Part shown: in pieces, positions 52,180 to 64,000 of the stretch
Numbering within the stretch: the stretch's first letter is position 1
How the letters are laid out: each line of letters begins with the position of its first letter
Assembly (NCBI GenBank): GCA_016748015.1
Contig: JAAOMT010000591.1
Span: forward strand, 853,050 to 917,049
Length of the DNA: 64,000 nucleotides
Origin: Geosiphon pyriformis uo1
Taxonomy: Eukaryota > Fungi > Glomeromycota
Reading direction: 5' to 3'
Translations under genes and position numbers: made by a program
The notes under the pieces: model-generated
Database searches by the model: none
The model's input: the letters and a program-made list of their open reading frames with translations, nothing else
Told to the model about the DNA's origin: nothing

Positions 52180-55100
52180 TCCAGGAAAAAAACAACTTTT
52201 TTTTGTTGATTCTTTGGTTACAATAAAAACATAAAATTGTTAAAAAAATAGTTTTTTTTACTTTATTTTTTATTTTTTTTTTTAAGTTATTTTTTTTAGT
52301 ATACTTATTTTTATTGTAATAAAAACAGTAGACTTTTTTGCTGATAGTTTTGGCTCTAGTTTGACTGGTTTAAAAAACCACTCAAGCACCAAAAAAAAAT
52401 GTGTAATAAGTATTTACTCTTATGATATATCTTATAAAAAGCCTAAAAAATCTAAAGTAGAAAATAGTATAATTGACTTGTTTACTAGTTTTTTGAGTAT
52501 AATAAATATTAGAGACTCTAATAAGAAATCTGTAGTGTTTTGAAATAGTAAAGTTGGCAGCATAGTTAACAGTATTAGTGGTTTTTTGAATGTAAAAAAT
52601 ATGAAGAATACATTTATCAAAGAAACCAGATATACAAACTTAAATGTTTCTAAAAGTGATAAGAATAGAAATAAAATTACATTGAGAAAAACTTGTACTT
52701 AAACATATATATTAGGTCATCTATTGAAGACTCTTTTGTTTAATAACATAAGTAATAATAATAACATTTTGGTGCTTCTATCTTCCAAGTTTGTTGGTTC
52801 TAAACAGTTACTATTGACCAAGTTATGTATTTTAGAAAAACAAAATTTTGATGTTGTAAAATTTTTTGTATTAAATATTGAACTTTTTGCTGTGTCTAAG
52901 AAAACTTTTGGTAATAAGTTAATAACTGTAAAAAAAAATTTTTATTATGTAAATAATTTTAAAAGATGTTTATTTTTTCAAAATTTTTAGGAATTATTAA
53001 GTTATTTTTTACATTTAAATTGAATTTAAAAAAAGCAAAAAAAATAACTATCAATGAAAAAATCTTGGTAAATAATAATATTAGAAAAACAAACAGCCAT
53101 ACAGATTAGAAAATAATTGTCAAAAAAATTTCAGTTAATTTTTTCAAATTGGTTGTAGAATCGGTTTTTTTTAAATTTGGTAAAATTATATCAATCAAAA
53201 TACAGTTTATTAGTTTTTAGCAAAAGACTTTAATAAAATTTGAATTATCAGAGATTACTAACTTGGTTGCCTCTTAACAATTTGTGTTTATGAGAAAAAA
53301 TTCTGTTTATATGATTAAGATTGTAAATAATAAACAGATATGAATGTTTAAAGATCAAAATTGAACTTTGTTGTATATTTTGCCAATTGGTATCACTGCA
53401 CTAATTTTTCTGATTTGTTGGTTTCATATAATAAGAAAACTTGCTTTATTGGCCACAATTCAAGTTTATATATGTATAATAAATATGCTGTAATTTGTTT
53501 TGCTAACAAGATATTTAAAAAAACTGTTATTGATTTTGTTTCAGTTTTTAAAAGTTTAAATTTACATTAAACTGGTTTTTTTTGGTCTGTTGTGTTTAAA
53601 ACAAACAATTTGGTCATGTTTTTGGTATGTGTTTAGTAAGTAGAAATTTAAGTAGTTGCAATAAGTAGATAGTTAATTCTTAGGATCAAATCTATTTGGC
53701 AAATATATATAAGAAAAAACAGATGCCAATTGTTTGTTTAGTTTTATTTGGTAAAAAGACTTGAGCACAACTTGTTAGTGAATTTATTTTTTATGTAATA
53801 TCTTTGGTTTTTTTTGGAATTGGTTTATTTTCAGATTTTAAACCTTTTTCACTGATTTTTTTGGAAGTAAATAATAGATTTGTCACTCTTAAATGCAGTT
53901 TTGCTAATCTTATAGAACAAATTAACAAGCTGGCTAAAAAATTTGGTGTACTTAGGCCAACAGTTTTCTAGTTTAGTCTTAAATACCAGTTATTAATAAC
54001 TTTTTTATCACAAAATTAAAAAACAAATATAGTAATAAGTAAGAGTTTAAGTGCAATTATTAGTGATAAGACTGTAATAAGAGTAGAGTTGTTGGATCTA
54101 CCAACTGTTAAAAAATTAGAACAATTTGTTAATTATGATTATAAGTTTGCTGGCCAAAGTAAATAATAAAAATTTGAATTTGGACACTTTTTTTCAACAA
54201 TAACTAATTTAATTTAAAAGATTGCTACATATAATATTTATGGTATTAATGTTCTTACTAAATAAGAGAATGTTGTTTATTGACATACAAAATTAGGTAA
54301 TATAATTTTTATTATTATAAAAACAAAGTTAAGGTCTAGTATTAGACCATAGATTGTAAATAAGTTTAATAAAGTGTGGATTTTTATATCTGGTTTGAAT
54401 AGAGATTTTTTTGGTGCTAATATAACTATTATTATAAAAAATTTTCTGGCTCAACATATTTTTAAGGTAGAAAAAATCCTTAATTAGATTATTTTAGTGT
54501 AGTTTTTTTTTAAAGACAAGCTTTTAGTTATAATTTTGGGTTTATATGCTGGTGTTTCTACTAAAATTAAATTTGATTAAGCTGTAAAAATCAACTTTTG
54601 TATTACTAAAGCAGTTAATTTTAGCACTTTTGTGGTTTTGGATAGAAATTTCAATAAAAATAGGTCCAGGAAAAGTATAAGTTTCAAGTTCTGCTTGGTT
54701 TTAAGATTGGTTAATTTGTTTAGTAAGTATTTACTAATCAAAGCCTCTACTTGAAACAATTTAAAGAGTATTAAAAAGATCTTAACTGTATTTTTGTAAA
54801 TAAGAGTTTGTTATTAGTAGTAGACAGTTATAAGGTCAGCTTTGTTTCTGATTTTTTTAATATTGATTACAAAACAGTTTTAGTTTTGATTAGTTTGGGT
54901 GGTTTCTTAAATGTCTGTTTAAATAGTATATGTAAGTAAACTAACAAAAATTACTGGAAATCTAAACTCAAAAATACAGATAATGTCAAATAAATATGAT
55001 TTAAAAAATGTTTTTTTGTCAAGTTTTTAGCAGTAATAGATGGGTTTTCAGAAACTAGAAGTTGTAAAAAGTTGGATATTATGTAAGAGCTATTAAAAAA

Positions 55101-58100
55101 GGTAATGATAAAGTCAACTGATAAAATATTTTTTAGACTTTGATTCAATAAGCTTTAGTGCTCAAAAAACAGACAGTTTTTAAAAAATTTTAGATTGAAA
55201 ATACTAGTTGTTAAGATTATTAAGAAATTAAGCTTAGGTAACATAATTGGGTTTAATTGTCTTATTAAAAAATAGTCATCTTTAGATAGTGAAAAAGCTT
55301 TTAAGATTATGAATATAGTTTAGAATAACAAGAAGTCAATAGATATTTTTAAGCAATTGTCAACAATCCAAAAAAAGTACAAAAAGTTTAAGCTTTATAA
55401 ATTGAAAATAGCCAAGAAAATATTCATTAAGAAAACTATTGAAAAGTGCATAGAAAGTTTTTGTTTTGATAAAAAAAGTATGTTAAGTAGTATTTTGAAT
55501 TAGTCTTTTTGCAAGATAGTTTTAAATTATTTAATAATAGAAAGTAAGTTGGTTTTAAAACCAGAAAAAATTAAGTTAAATATTAACAAGATTATTAAAA
55601 ATTAGACAAAAAAACAGATTATGTCTATAGTAATACTTGATCTCTAAACTTGTTAATATGTATCTTTGGACTATGTAAATAATAATGCTTTTTCTGAAGT
55701 AATAAAAAAAATCAGTATAAAAAAATTGATTACAGTTATTAATAATCTGTTTAATAACAAAGCTGCTAAACTGTTTGGTATTTCTAATAAACTTTAGAAG
55801 CATAATAATAATACTATGTTAAAATGTTTTCTAAAACTTCTAATTATATATTTATCTTTTGATAATATTTTTGTTCTATGGAAAAAAACTTGGGTTTTAA
55901 TAATCTCTAAGCTTTATAATTAGAACAGAGTTTTAAAAAACATTCAACTTATTGTATTGATTAAAACAGTCAGAAAAATCTTTTCTAAGATTCTTTCAGA
56001 TTATATATATAATAAGTTTGATGTTTTTTAGAATGACAATTTTTCAATATTAAAAAGCACTTTGACTCAGTCTTTTGTGTTTGTTATTGAGTCTGTAATT
56101 AGAAATACTTTAGAAAAAAATAAAAAACTGTGATTGGTCCTACAGAATATGTGCAAAACATATAATTTGGTCAGATAGCATTATCTAAAGATTAGTTTGC
56201 AACAGATTAAGATGTGTAATCAGTTTATTAAATTTTTTGGCAGCATATATAAGAATAGAATTAATAAAGTAATAACTGACTTTAGTTTCTTGAATAACTA
56301 TAAAATATATGATGAGCTAAATTAAAGTAAAGTTTTTTTATCTCTCTTTTGGAAGATTTTTTATGATTTGTTCTTATATGAAATTAAAAGATATAAATAT
56401 TTTTATAAGTATAGTAAAAAAAAAACTTTTAAATTTTAATAATATTTTTAGTAAAAATTACAAAATTACAAAATTTTAGAATTCTAATAATATTTTTAGT
56501 AGAAATTGCAAAATTTTAGAATTTTAGAAATTTTTATAAAAAAATCCAAAAATTTTAAGAAATCTTATATAATAAAAATTATATATATATAATAGTAAAA
56601 ATAAAAAAAAACAGATCAAAATTAAAGACAAAAACCTAAGACTTGGTTTTTTTTTTTTTTACTTTAAAAGTTAATTTGCTATTATTTAAAATAAAATTAT
56701 TTACTTATTAATGAAATCATTAATTATCTTACAATTTATATTATTATTATTAATTTTAACACTTTAAATAATTACTTATAACAATATTTGGCATTTTGTT
56801 TTCAAGATAAAACTTTGATGTCAATGGTTTTGGATAAGTTTGTTTTTTTTAAGATTTTTTGCTTACTTAAATAGTTTGGTATTGTTTTTGTTAAACAGTT
56901 GTATAATAAAAAAGTAATGTTTTTAATTAAAAAACCTTTAAGCATTAAAAGATATTAGACTTTTATGGTCTTATTTCTGTTTAGTTTAAATTTGCAGTTA
57001 GTTTTTTGATTGGACCAGATTCTTACTTTGTTAATTTGTTTTTGATTGTTGACTTTTAATTTCTAAATGTTTTTGGTTTATATAAGTTTAAATTGGTTTA
57101 TAACTAGCTGTTTAGTGTTAATATAATTTGTTTTTTTGTTTATATTAATATTTTTTTAAGCAATTTGAATACTGTCAATATAAGAACTAATATTATAGTT
57201 TTTTTAAGAATGTAAATTTGAATGTAGATATTAAGATATTTGAATTGGTTTTTTTTATTATAATTAATTTATAGACTATTGTATTTTCTTTAAAATATGT
57301 ACTTTTTTCTAATATAATTAAGATATTTTCTAACAACCAAATAATTTTAAACACATGTCATTTAAAATTGGCTTTGGTTTTGTTAAATTTTTACAAATAT
57401 TGTTATATTAAATATTAATAAATTGTAAAAAAAATTTAAGTATTAATTAATATAAAATTAAAAATTACTTAAATATATTATTAAGACTAATAGTAGGATT
57501 GTTTTAAAAAATGTGAGATATTTTGTTTATAGAATTTTTTAGACAATCTATTATGTCTATTAGAAAATTAGATCTGAATCTAAAGTTTTAATAAACAGTT
57601 TACTTGATAATATAAACTAAATCAGATTATTACTGATATAAAACCTTAATTCTTATATATTAATTAAGTTTACAAATAAAACCATAATTGAAACTCACTT
57701 TTATTTTATAAAAACTTTATATTATAGACCATTAGTAATTGTTTAAAAATATCTGTATAATAAGTTTTACTATAGTGTTTTGTGTTTATATTGTAAAAAT
57801 ATCGAGTTTTTAAATCATGTTTTTACTTATAAAATAAATAATAAAGTTTGTAAAAAGCTTTTAAATGTTTATATAATTATCTAAAAAAATTTTCTAGTCT
57901 GTTTTTTAATTGTTTTTTTTATGTTTCTCTAATATTGTTATGTACTTAATTTTGTATAAAAAATTTGTTTTTAAGAACTGGTTTTAGAAATTTTTCTTAG
58001 TTTTTAAGAATATTAAGATTATTGGCTATAAAATTGTAGATTTTGTGCATAATTTTAAACTGGTTTATAAGAATAATATCTGGTTTATTTACTCCAAACA

Positions 58101-58428
58101 CCAGACTTTTATAAAAAAAGATGGTTTAATTTTATGTGATAAAATATATTTATGATTATTATCAGTCTATTATTTGTGTTATTTTGTAATATAGTTAAGT
58201 TGTTTGAAATTTGTTAAAGCTTTTAAAATAAATTTTAATATGTACAAATTGTGTTCATTTTTTTCTGGTGTTAGAAATTTAGTTTTTATATATATAAACA
58301 TATAATATTGTCTTAACTGGTCTGAATAACTGGTTATATATAATAAAATACATAATTTATACTTAGCTTATATTATTTAATTTAATATATTGTACTAAGC
58401 AATATTTAGATCTTACTTATTAAAAAAA
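52180..58428 (+). mobile_element. LINE-3, heavily AT-shifted, with an internal deletion and an LTR relic
   Basis: Colinear with LINE-2 in ORF1, APE and RT; same 3' UTR and A tail near 58420; 5' end approximate. Confidence 0.85.
56415..56783 (+). mobile_element. Degenerate LTR relic of the A family inside LINE-3
   Basis: Ends ...AAATAATTACTTATAACA, matching the reverse complement of the 12068 end; similar U3 repeats and TATA; left boundary approximate. Confidence 0.6.
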
Positions 58429-59065
58429 TAATACTATATATTTATTTTAATTATAATATTATAATTTAAACCAGAAAAACAAACAATATTTATGTAATTT
58501 AAAACTTATTTTAAATGTTTTAACAATATTAAATAATTACATTATATTATTAAGAAAGATGAAAAAAAAAGAAAAATTTTTACAAAATATTATTATTAAG
58601 CTGTAAACAAATTTTACAAATATAAATATAATAGTCTTAATATTATTAAAAATTGAAAATATTTTAATAAATTATTTTTTAAAAATAAAATTTTTGTATA
58701 TTATTATATATAAATTGTTATTAAAAGCATACAAAAATAATAATTACAAAACTAATAATAATAAAAAGCTTATATTAGACAAAAACTTTCAATAAATAAT
58801 ATAAATATTAATTAACAAATTGCAGTTAACTTTATTTAATTTATAAATAAATATATAATCTGAAAATTTCATTTTATTACAATATAAACACAAAATACTT
58901 AAATATAAAACATTAGTTTTAAGTTAAATTTTTTAACAAATATAATAAACAATCTTATATATATTATAAACAAAATAATAAGTGTTTCTAAATATTGTTT
59001 TTTTATTAATAATAATATATTTTTATTAATATAAACAAAAAATAATAAATAAAAAAAGTATATTA

Positions 59066-62000
59066 ATGCAAAAAAAAAAACTTCTTTCTTTTTTTCGTCC
59101 AAAATTTCCAAAAAAAAGTCAAAAGTTTTTTGAAAAAGAAGTTATTTTTACAATTCAGTATGATAAATCCAAACCCTTTATTCTTGACTATAAGACCACT
59201 GTTGGCTGTAGTATTGCTGTTATGAAAAAGACTGCTAAAGTTTCTGGCTCTAATGATGGCTTCAAACTTGTTCTTCTAAGGAAAAAAAGGAGAAGTGGTG
59301 TTCTGAAAGATAGTTCTGGTGATAAGGTTGTTGGTACTAAGGTTTAGAATAGTTGTTTATGGGGTTCAGAAACTGGTGATACCATTGAGTCTGATAGCAT
59401 TGATATGGAGGAAGAATGTCTGGTGGAAGAAACTAGCTTCAGGCAAGAAAGCAGAGAAAAGTCTGGTGGTGTTGATACTGATATGATGCCTAAGGGTCCC
59501 AAAAAAATTGTTACTAAGCATACTCTTGGGAAGCCTCTTGGCACTATTAACTTCAGCATGGAAAATGATAATGATGATAATATTTTGGATGGGTCACTCT
59601 CTCTCCTTCCTTCTCTCTCTCTCAAACATACGGTGCATGTTTCAGTTAGGAAATCTTTTGCTCTAGATATTGATCTTGGAGTGGTCGCTGACAAGTCATC
59701 TCAAGAGAAACTAGCTTATGTCAGAAAAATTTTTTCTGGTGTGAATGGTTTTGGGGGGGCCTTTACCTTCTCAAAATTTGGTGGTATTATTTGGGTGTCT
59801 TTCACTTCTGAAAAGACGATGATGGTGGCAGCAAAAATGGCAAATGATTGTGGTGTTGTGGTGAATACCAATCTTAAGTGCTCTGGTGACAATTGTATGA
59901 ATCGGGCTATTGTGTTGAAGGAAATTCTGGTGGAAACTTCTGTGGAGGCTGTGCATGCTGCAGTGTCTAAATTTGGGAAGATTAAGACAATCAAAATGCA
60001 GTTGGTGGGTTTGTGGCAGAAGGCGATCATCAAATTAGAAGATCAAACACAGGCTGATTTATTGGCTTCTAAGTGGTCCATCCTCATTGGAAAAGATGCG
60101 GTTCGTGTGGCCAGGGCTGATATTGACAAACAATCATGAGATGCCAGGGATAGTTTTAGGACTTTGCTATATACTCTCTTCATGGGAACCACAGCTCATG
60201 ATTTGTGGGACTTTATTGGTTCTATCGGTGGAAAAACTTGCTTCATTGATTGCAATCCCTTGAATTATTCTCATGCCTGTTGTGCCTCTGTGTGTTTTGG
60301 TTCTGAATTGGATCTGGTTAATGCAATGGCAGTAACTCTGGTTATAAAGGGTGTTGGTCTCTGCTGGTCTCGTCTTTCTTTGGTGTTGTGTGCAGTTTGC
60401 AAGAATTTTGGTTATATGTCTCTTAGTTGTAGGTTTGTCAAGAATGTTGCAGTTCCAAATGGCAGAAGGGCTGCCCTTTCGGCTCAGAACTAGCTCAGGC
60501 TGATGAGGATTTATGCGAAGAAATCTGCTTCCATCTCCCGTCCCCTGGCATTCGGTGGTAAAACTTGGGCATCAGTTGTTGGTACTTCTTCCACTTCTCC
60601 CCTCTCTGGTAACAAGTCACAATTTGGTTCCATTATTAATGATAAACCTCTCCCTCCCATTGTAGATGAATTGAAAGAATGTCTAGTCAGTATTGAAAGC
60701 AGTTTCGTTAGCCTCGTGGGACAAATTGGTGAGTTGGCTAAAAGGTTGGATTCACTCATGCCGGCAGTTTCTCAGCCTAGCCCTGGATGTCAGCTGCCAG
60801 TGATCCTCCCATCACAGAATCTGGAGGGTGATATAGTGATAGGAGCGGCTTTGGGTGAGACCACTAGTGATGAGACTGCTGCAATTGTGGACTCATCAGT
60901 GTCCCCCCAAGTTACCAGGTTAGAAAATATGTTGGAGAGACTTTCCAAATCTGTGTTAAGCTTGTCTGCTCGTTTTGAAAGTTTGGTTTTGGCTGGTGGT
61001 ACAAACTCTCAACTTTTTTCTCAATGAATAAGCTTGTTTGGAAGGTTGCCACATGTAATATTAGAGGAATGACCAATCTTGTGAAACAGGATGACATCAT
61101 TTATTGGCACAACGACATGAACAATTTGATTTCAATTTTTACAGAAACAAAATTAAAGGGGAGAGTTTGCCCCTGGATTATTAACAAATGTAATGGTATA
61201 AGGGTGTTTACATCTGGCTTGGATTCTGGTTATCTGGGTGCTGGTGTTGTAATCATTGTGAATTCTTCTTTGGTGAGACATGTGTGCAAAATTTCTGAGA
61301 TGCCTGGCCAGTTTATATCTATCAAGTTGCTGTTCAAGAATAAACTTTCGGTATCAATTTTGGGGGCTTCATTGGTGATTCAGTTTTTTCAGGCTGGTGA
61401 GATTAACTCTCTCATCACAAAGGCTGTTAATAAATCTTCTTTCGTCATTCTTGGAGGTAATTTCAATAAAGATGGTTTGCATAAAAGTACAAGTTTTAAA
61501 AAATGCCTCAATTTGGAGCTAGTCAACTCTCTGTCAAGTAGTTCAGTTGTGAAAAGTTCTATGTGAGAGAATTCAAGAGGTGTAAAGAAGACTATTAATT
61601 ACATGTTTGTTTCCTTAAGTCTGGTTGGTACGATCGTACATTATAATGTTTTGGAGATTAGCAAACATTTTGACATGGATCACCAGGCTGTTTCTGTATC
61701 CATAGGCTTGGGTGGGCTTTTGGATGTGCAGTTGAATTCTCTTCGAAAACAGACAAATAAGGATTGTTAGAAGTTTGATTTTAAGAGTGCTAATGGAGTT
61801 AGATGAAACAATTTTAAAAGTACCATGTTGGCCAACACTACGATGTTCTCAGATAAGTTCATCACCTCCATGCAGTTTTCGGACTTGGATGCAATGTGGG
61901 ACATTGTTTGCAAGATATTGGTTCTCTCAGTTAGTGAAGTGTTTAAGAAAAAGTGGTTCAAGAGCTTTGATAATGTTTTCATCAAGGAATCTTTGAGATT

Positions 62001-64000
62001 TCACAAATTGGAGCTTTTGGTTTCCAAAATTGTTAAGGCCTCACATGAGGAGTGTGTTGTAAATTTTGAGTCTCTTATGGGATGTTGGATTTCTTTGGAC
62101 AATGTTAGGGCTTCGGTTGTGCAGAGTTTGGTAGATTTTGGTGCTGGTGCTAATAATGTTTGTTCTGCTCTCTTTGGTACTAGGAGATTTTATTGCGCAT
62201 CCAAGCTCGCTAAGTCTTTGAGGGCTAAAAAAGCAAACATCAGATCTGCTATAGATAAGAGAATGAAAAATTTTGAGATGGATAAAGGTCACATGATTAG
62301 AAACATGCTGGAATGACCCTTTCGCAAGGTGGTTTTGGATCATTTGGTCATGGATGACGAGTTAATTTTTGAGCCTGATTTGGTAAAATCTAAAGTTAAC
62401 AATATTATGGAAAGATGGACCAGGAAGCAGTTAATGGTTGATGATGTCTCTGATGCTTGGTCTTATCAGTACCGACTTTTGGACTACGTTTTTGATGAGA
62501 CTTTCTCTGGGATAATGTGTGCAATTAATTTTGATGAGTTGCATCATGTGGTCTCTAATCTGCCTGATGGCAAAGCCACTGGTCTTTCAGGTATCTCTAA
62601 TGAACTATGGAAACATTGTGATGAGTCAGTTTTGGGTTTGCTTCTGGTCCTGTTGAATTCTTGTCTATTTTGTAAATCAATACCTGGTCCTTGGTGGGAG
62701 GCTTGGGTTTCAATGATTTCCAAGCCCTATGAGTGGAAGGGTGTTTTCACGAATACTCATCCTATTGCTTTGATCGAAACTGCCCACAAAATTCTCTCCA
62801 AGATTCTTTCAGACAGGATCTCACTGGCTTGCAGCTCTTATGATGTCCTACATAATGACAATTTTTCAGTTTTAAAGGGTATAGCAACTCAGTCACCTAT
62901 TTTGCTATTGGTTCAGTTGTTGAAGACACTCTGGAGAAAAACCGGGAGCTCTGGTTGGTTTTATAGGACATACAAAAAGCTTATGATTCGGTTGGCTGGG
63001 AACACCTTGAAAAGAGTTTGGTCAGGATTAAGATGTGCAGCAAATTTATTCAGTTTTTTGGCAGTATTCATAAGAATTGCACCAACTGTGTAATAACAGA
63101 TTTCAGTTTGATGGATGGCTATCATGTGCATGATGGTCTGGATCAAGGAGAGGTTTTTTCCCCACTTTTGTGGCATATATTTTACAACTCTCTATTGTGT
63201 AAAGTTAAGCATCAAAGAAGTGTGTATGGATATAAGTTGATTTCTCATTTTGTGTCCAAAAGTAGTCGTATCGAATCTCAGACTGGGCTATCTTCTTTTT
63301 TTGCTGCTGGTGCTTTTGTCGATGATACAATCTGAGTTGGTAGCAGTCAAAATGCTACTCAACATATTCTCAATGTAGCTGGTGAATTTTTTCATATTAA
63401 TGACATTTCAATCAATAATGACAAGACAGTGGCAATTCCCATCAATAGTAGGGTCAGCAATCTTTTTCTCTCCATTAGTGGCTTGCCGATTTCCATTACC
63501 AAAAGGGATGAATCTCATCAGTAATTGGGTATTTTTCTCTTGACTGAGAGTCTTTCGAAGCCTAGTTTGGCTAAGACAAATTCAGATGTTTGTTTTTTTA
63601 CTAATTTGGTCTTGAGAAAGGCGGTTTTAGATAAGCAATTTTTGTATCTGGTGTCAGCGGTTCTTCATCCTATAATCAGCTATAGAACACAGTTCAGCTT
63701 GGTTTCTGTTGGCATGTGCAACAAATGGGATGCTCTGGTTCACAAATGTTTGAAACTTAAATCTGGTCTCCTGCAGAATTTTTCTAGTGATACAATCCAC
63801 CATCCTTCTTTTTATAGTTTAAAGTCCTTTTCATAGTGTCAGTTAGAAAGTAAGATTGCTTTACTTATCAGTTTCGCAAACTTTATCAGGATTTTGGGGC
63901 ATATGTTCAGTTACAGGTCTCATGACTTGCAAGTTTTGTGCTGGCAGCTTATCTATCTCTTGATCTTTCCTACTCGCATTTGTGTTAGTGTTTCTAATAA
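59066..64000 (+). mobile_element. LINE-4, best-preserved copy, truncated by the window end (ORF1 to 61027; ORF2 from 61024)
   Basis: ORF1 with RRM-like region and CAVCKNFGYMSLSC knuckle; ORF2 ATCNIRG, FTETKL, GLDQGEVFSPLLW, AFVDD. Confidence 0.92.

Overview
Eukaryotic, very AT-rich fungal DNA. Short AT-rich introns and the repeat families resemble Glomeromycotina (possibly Geosiphon-like); this is an inference. About 80% of the window is decayed transposons. There are four plus-strand LINEs (ORF1 plus APE-RT-RNaseH ORF2) in different states of decay and three Ty3/Gypsy elements. One Gypsy is cut by the window edge. One is complete (14596-32144) and carries a second complete element nested in its integrase (20277-30117). 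There are also solo LTRs, a Tc1/mariner element and a 1.26 kb TIR element. A CpG-retaining gene island (about 40-51 kb, with an assembly gap) encodes an EI24/Lds-Rrt8-type membrane protein, Mediator Med11, a peroxisomal acyl-CoA oxidase and a WDR25-like protein. Four observations stand out: (1) a CpG-intact non-autonomous TIR transposon carrying spliced fragments of a BAH-domain/RSC-polybromo-like chromatin gene; (2) a shared non-Env ORF3 downstream of integrase in two divergent Gypsy elements; (3) a Gypsy polyprotein with Cys-rich modules and a dUTPase; (4) near transition-only, RIP-like hypermutation restricted to repeats.
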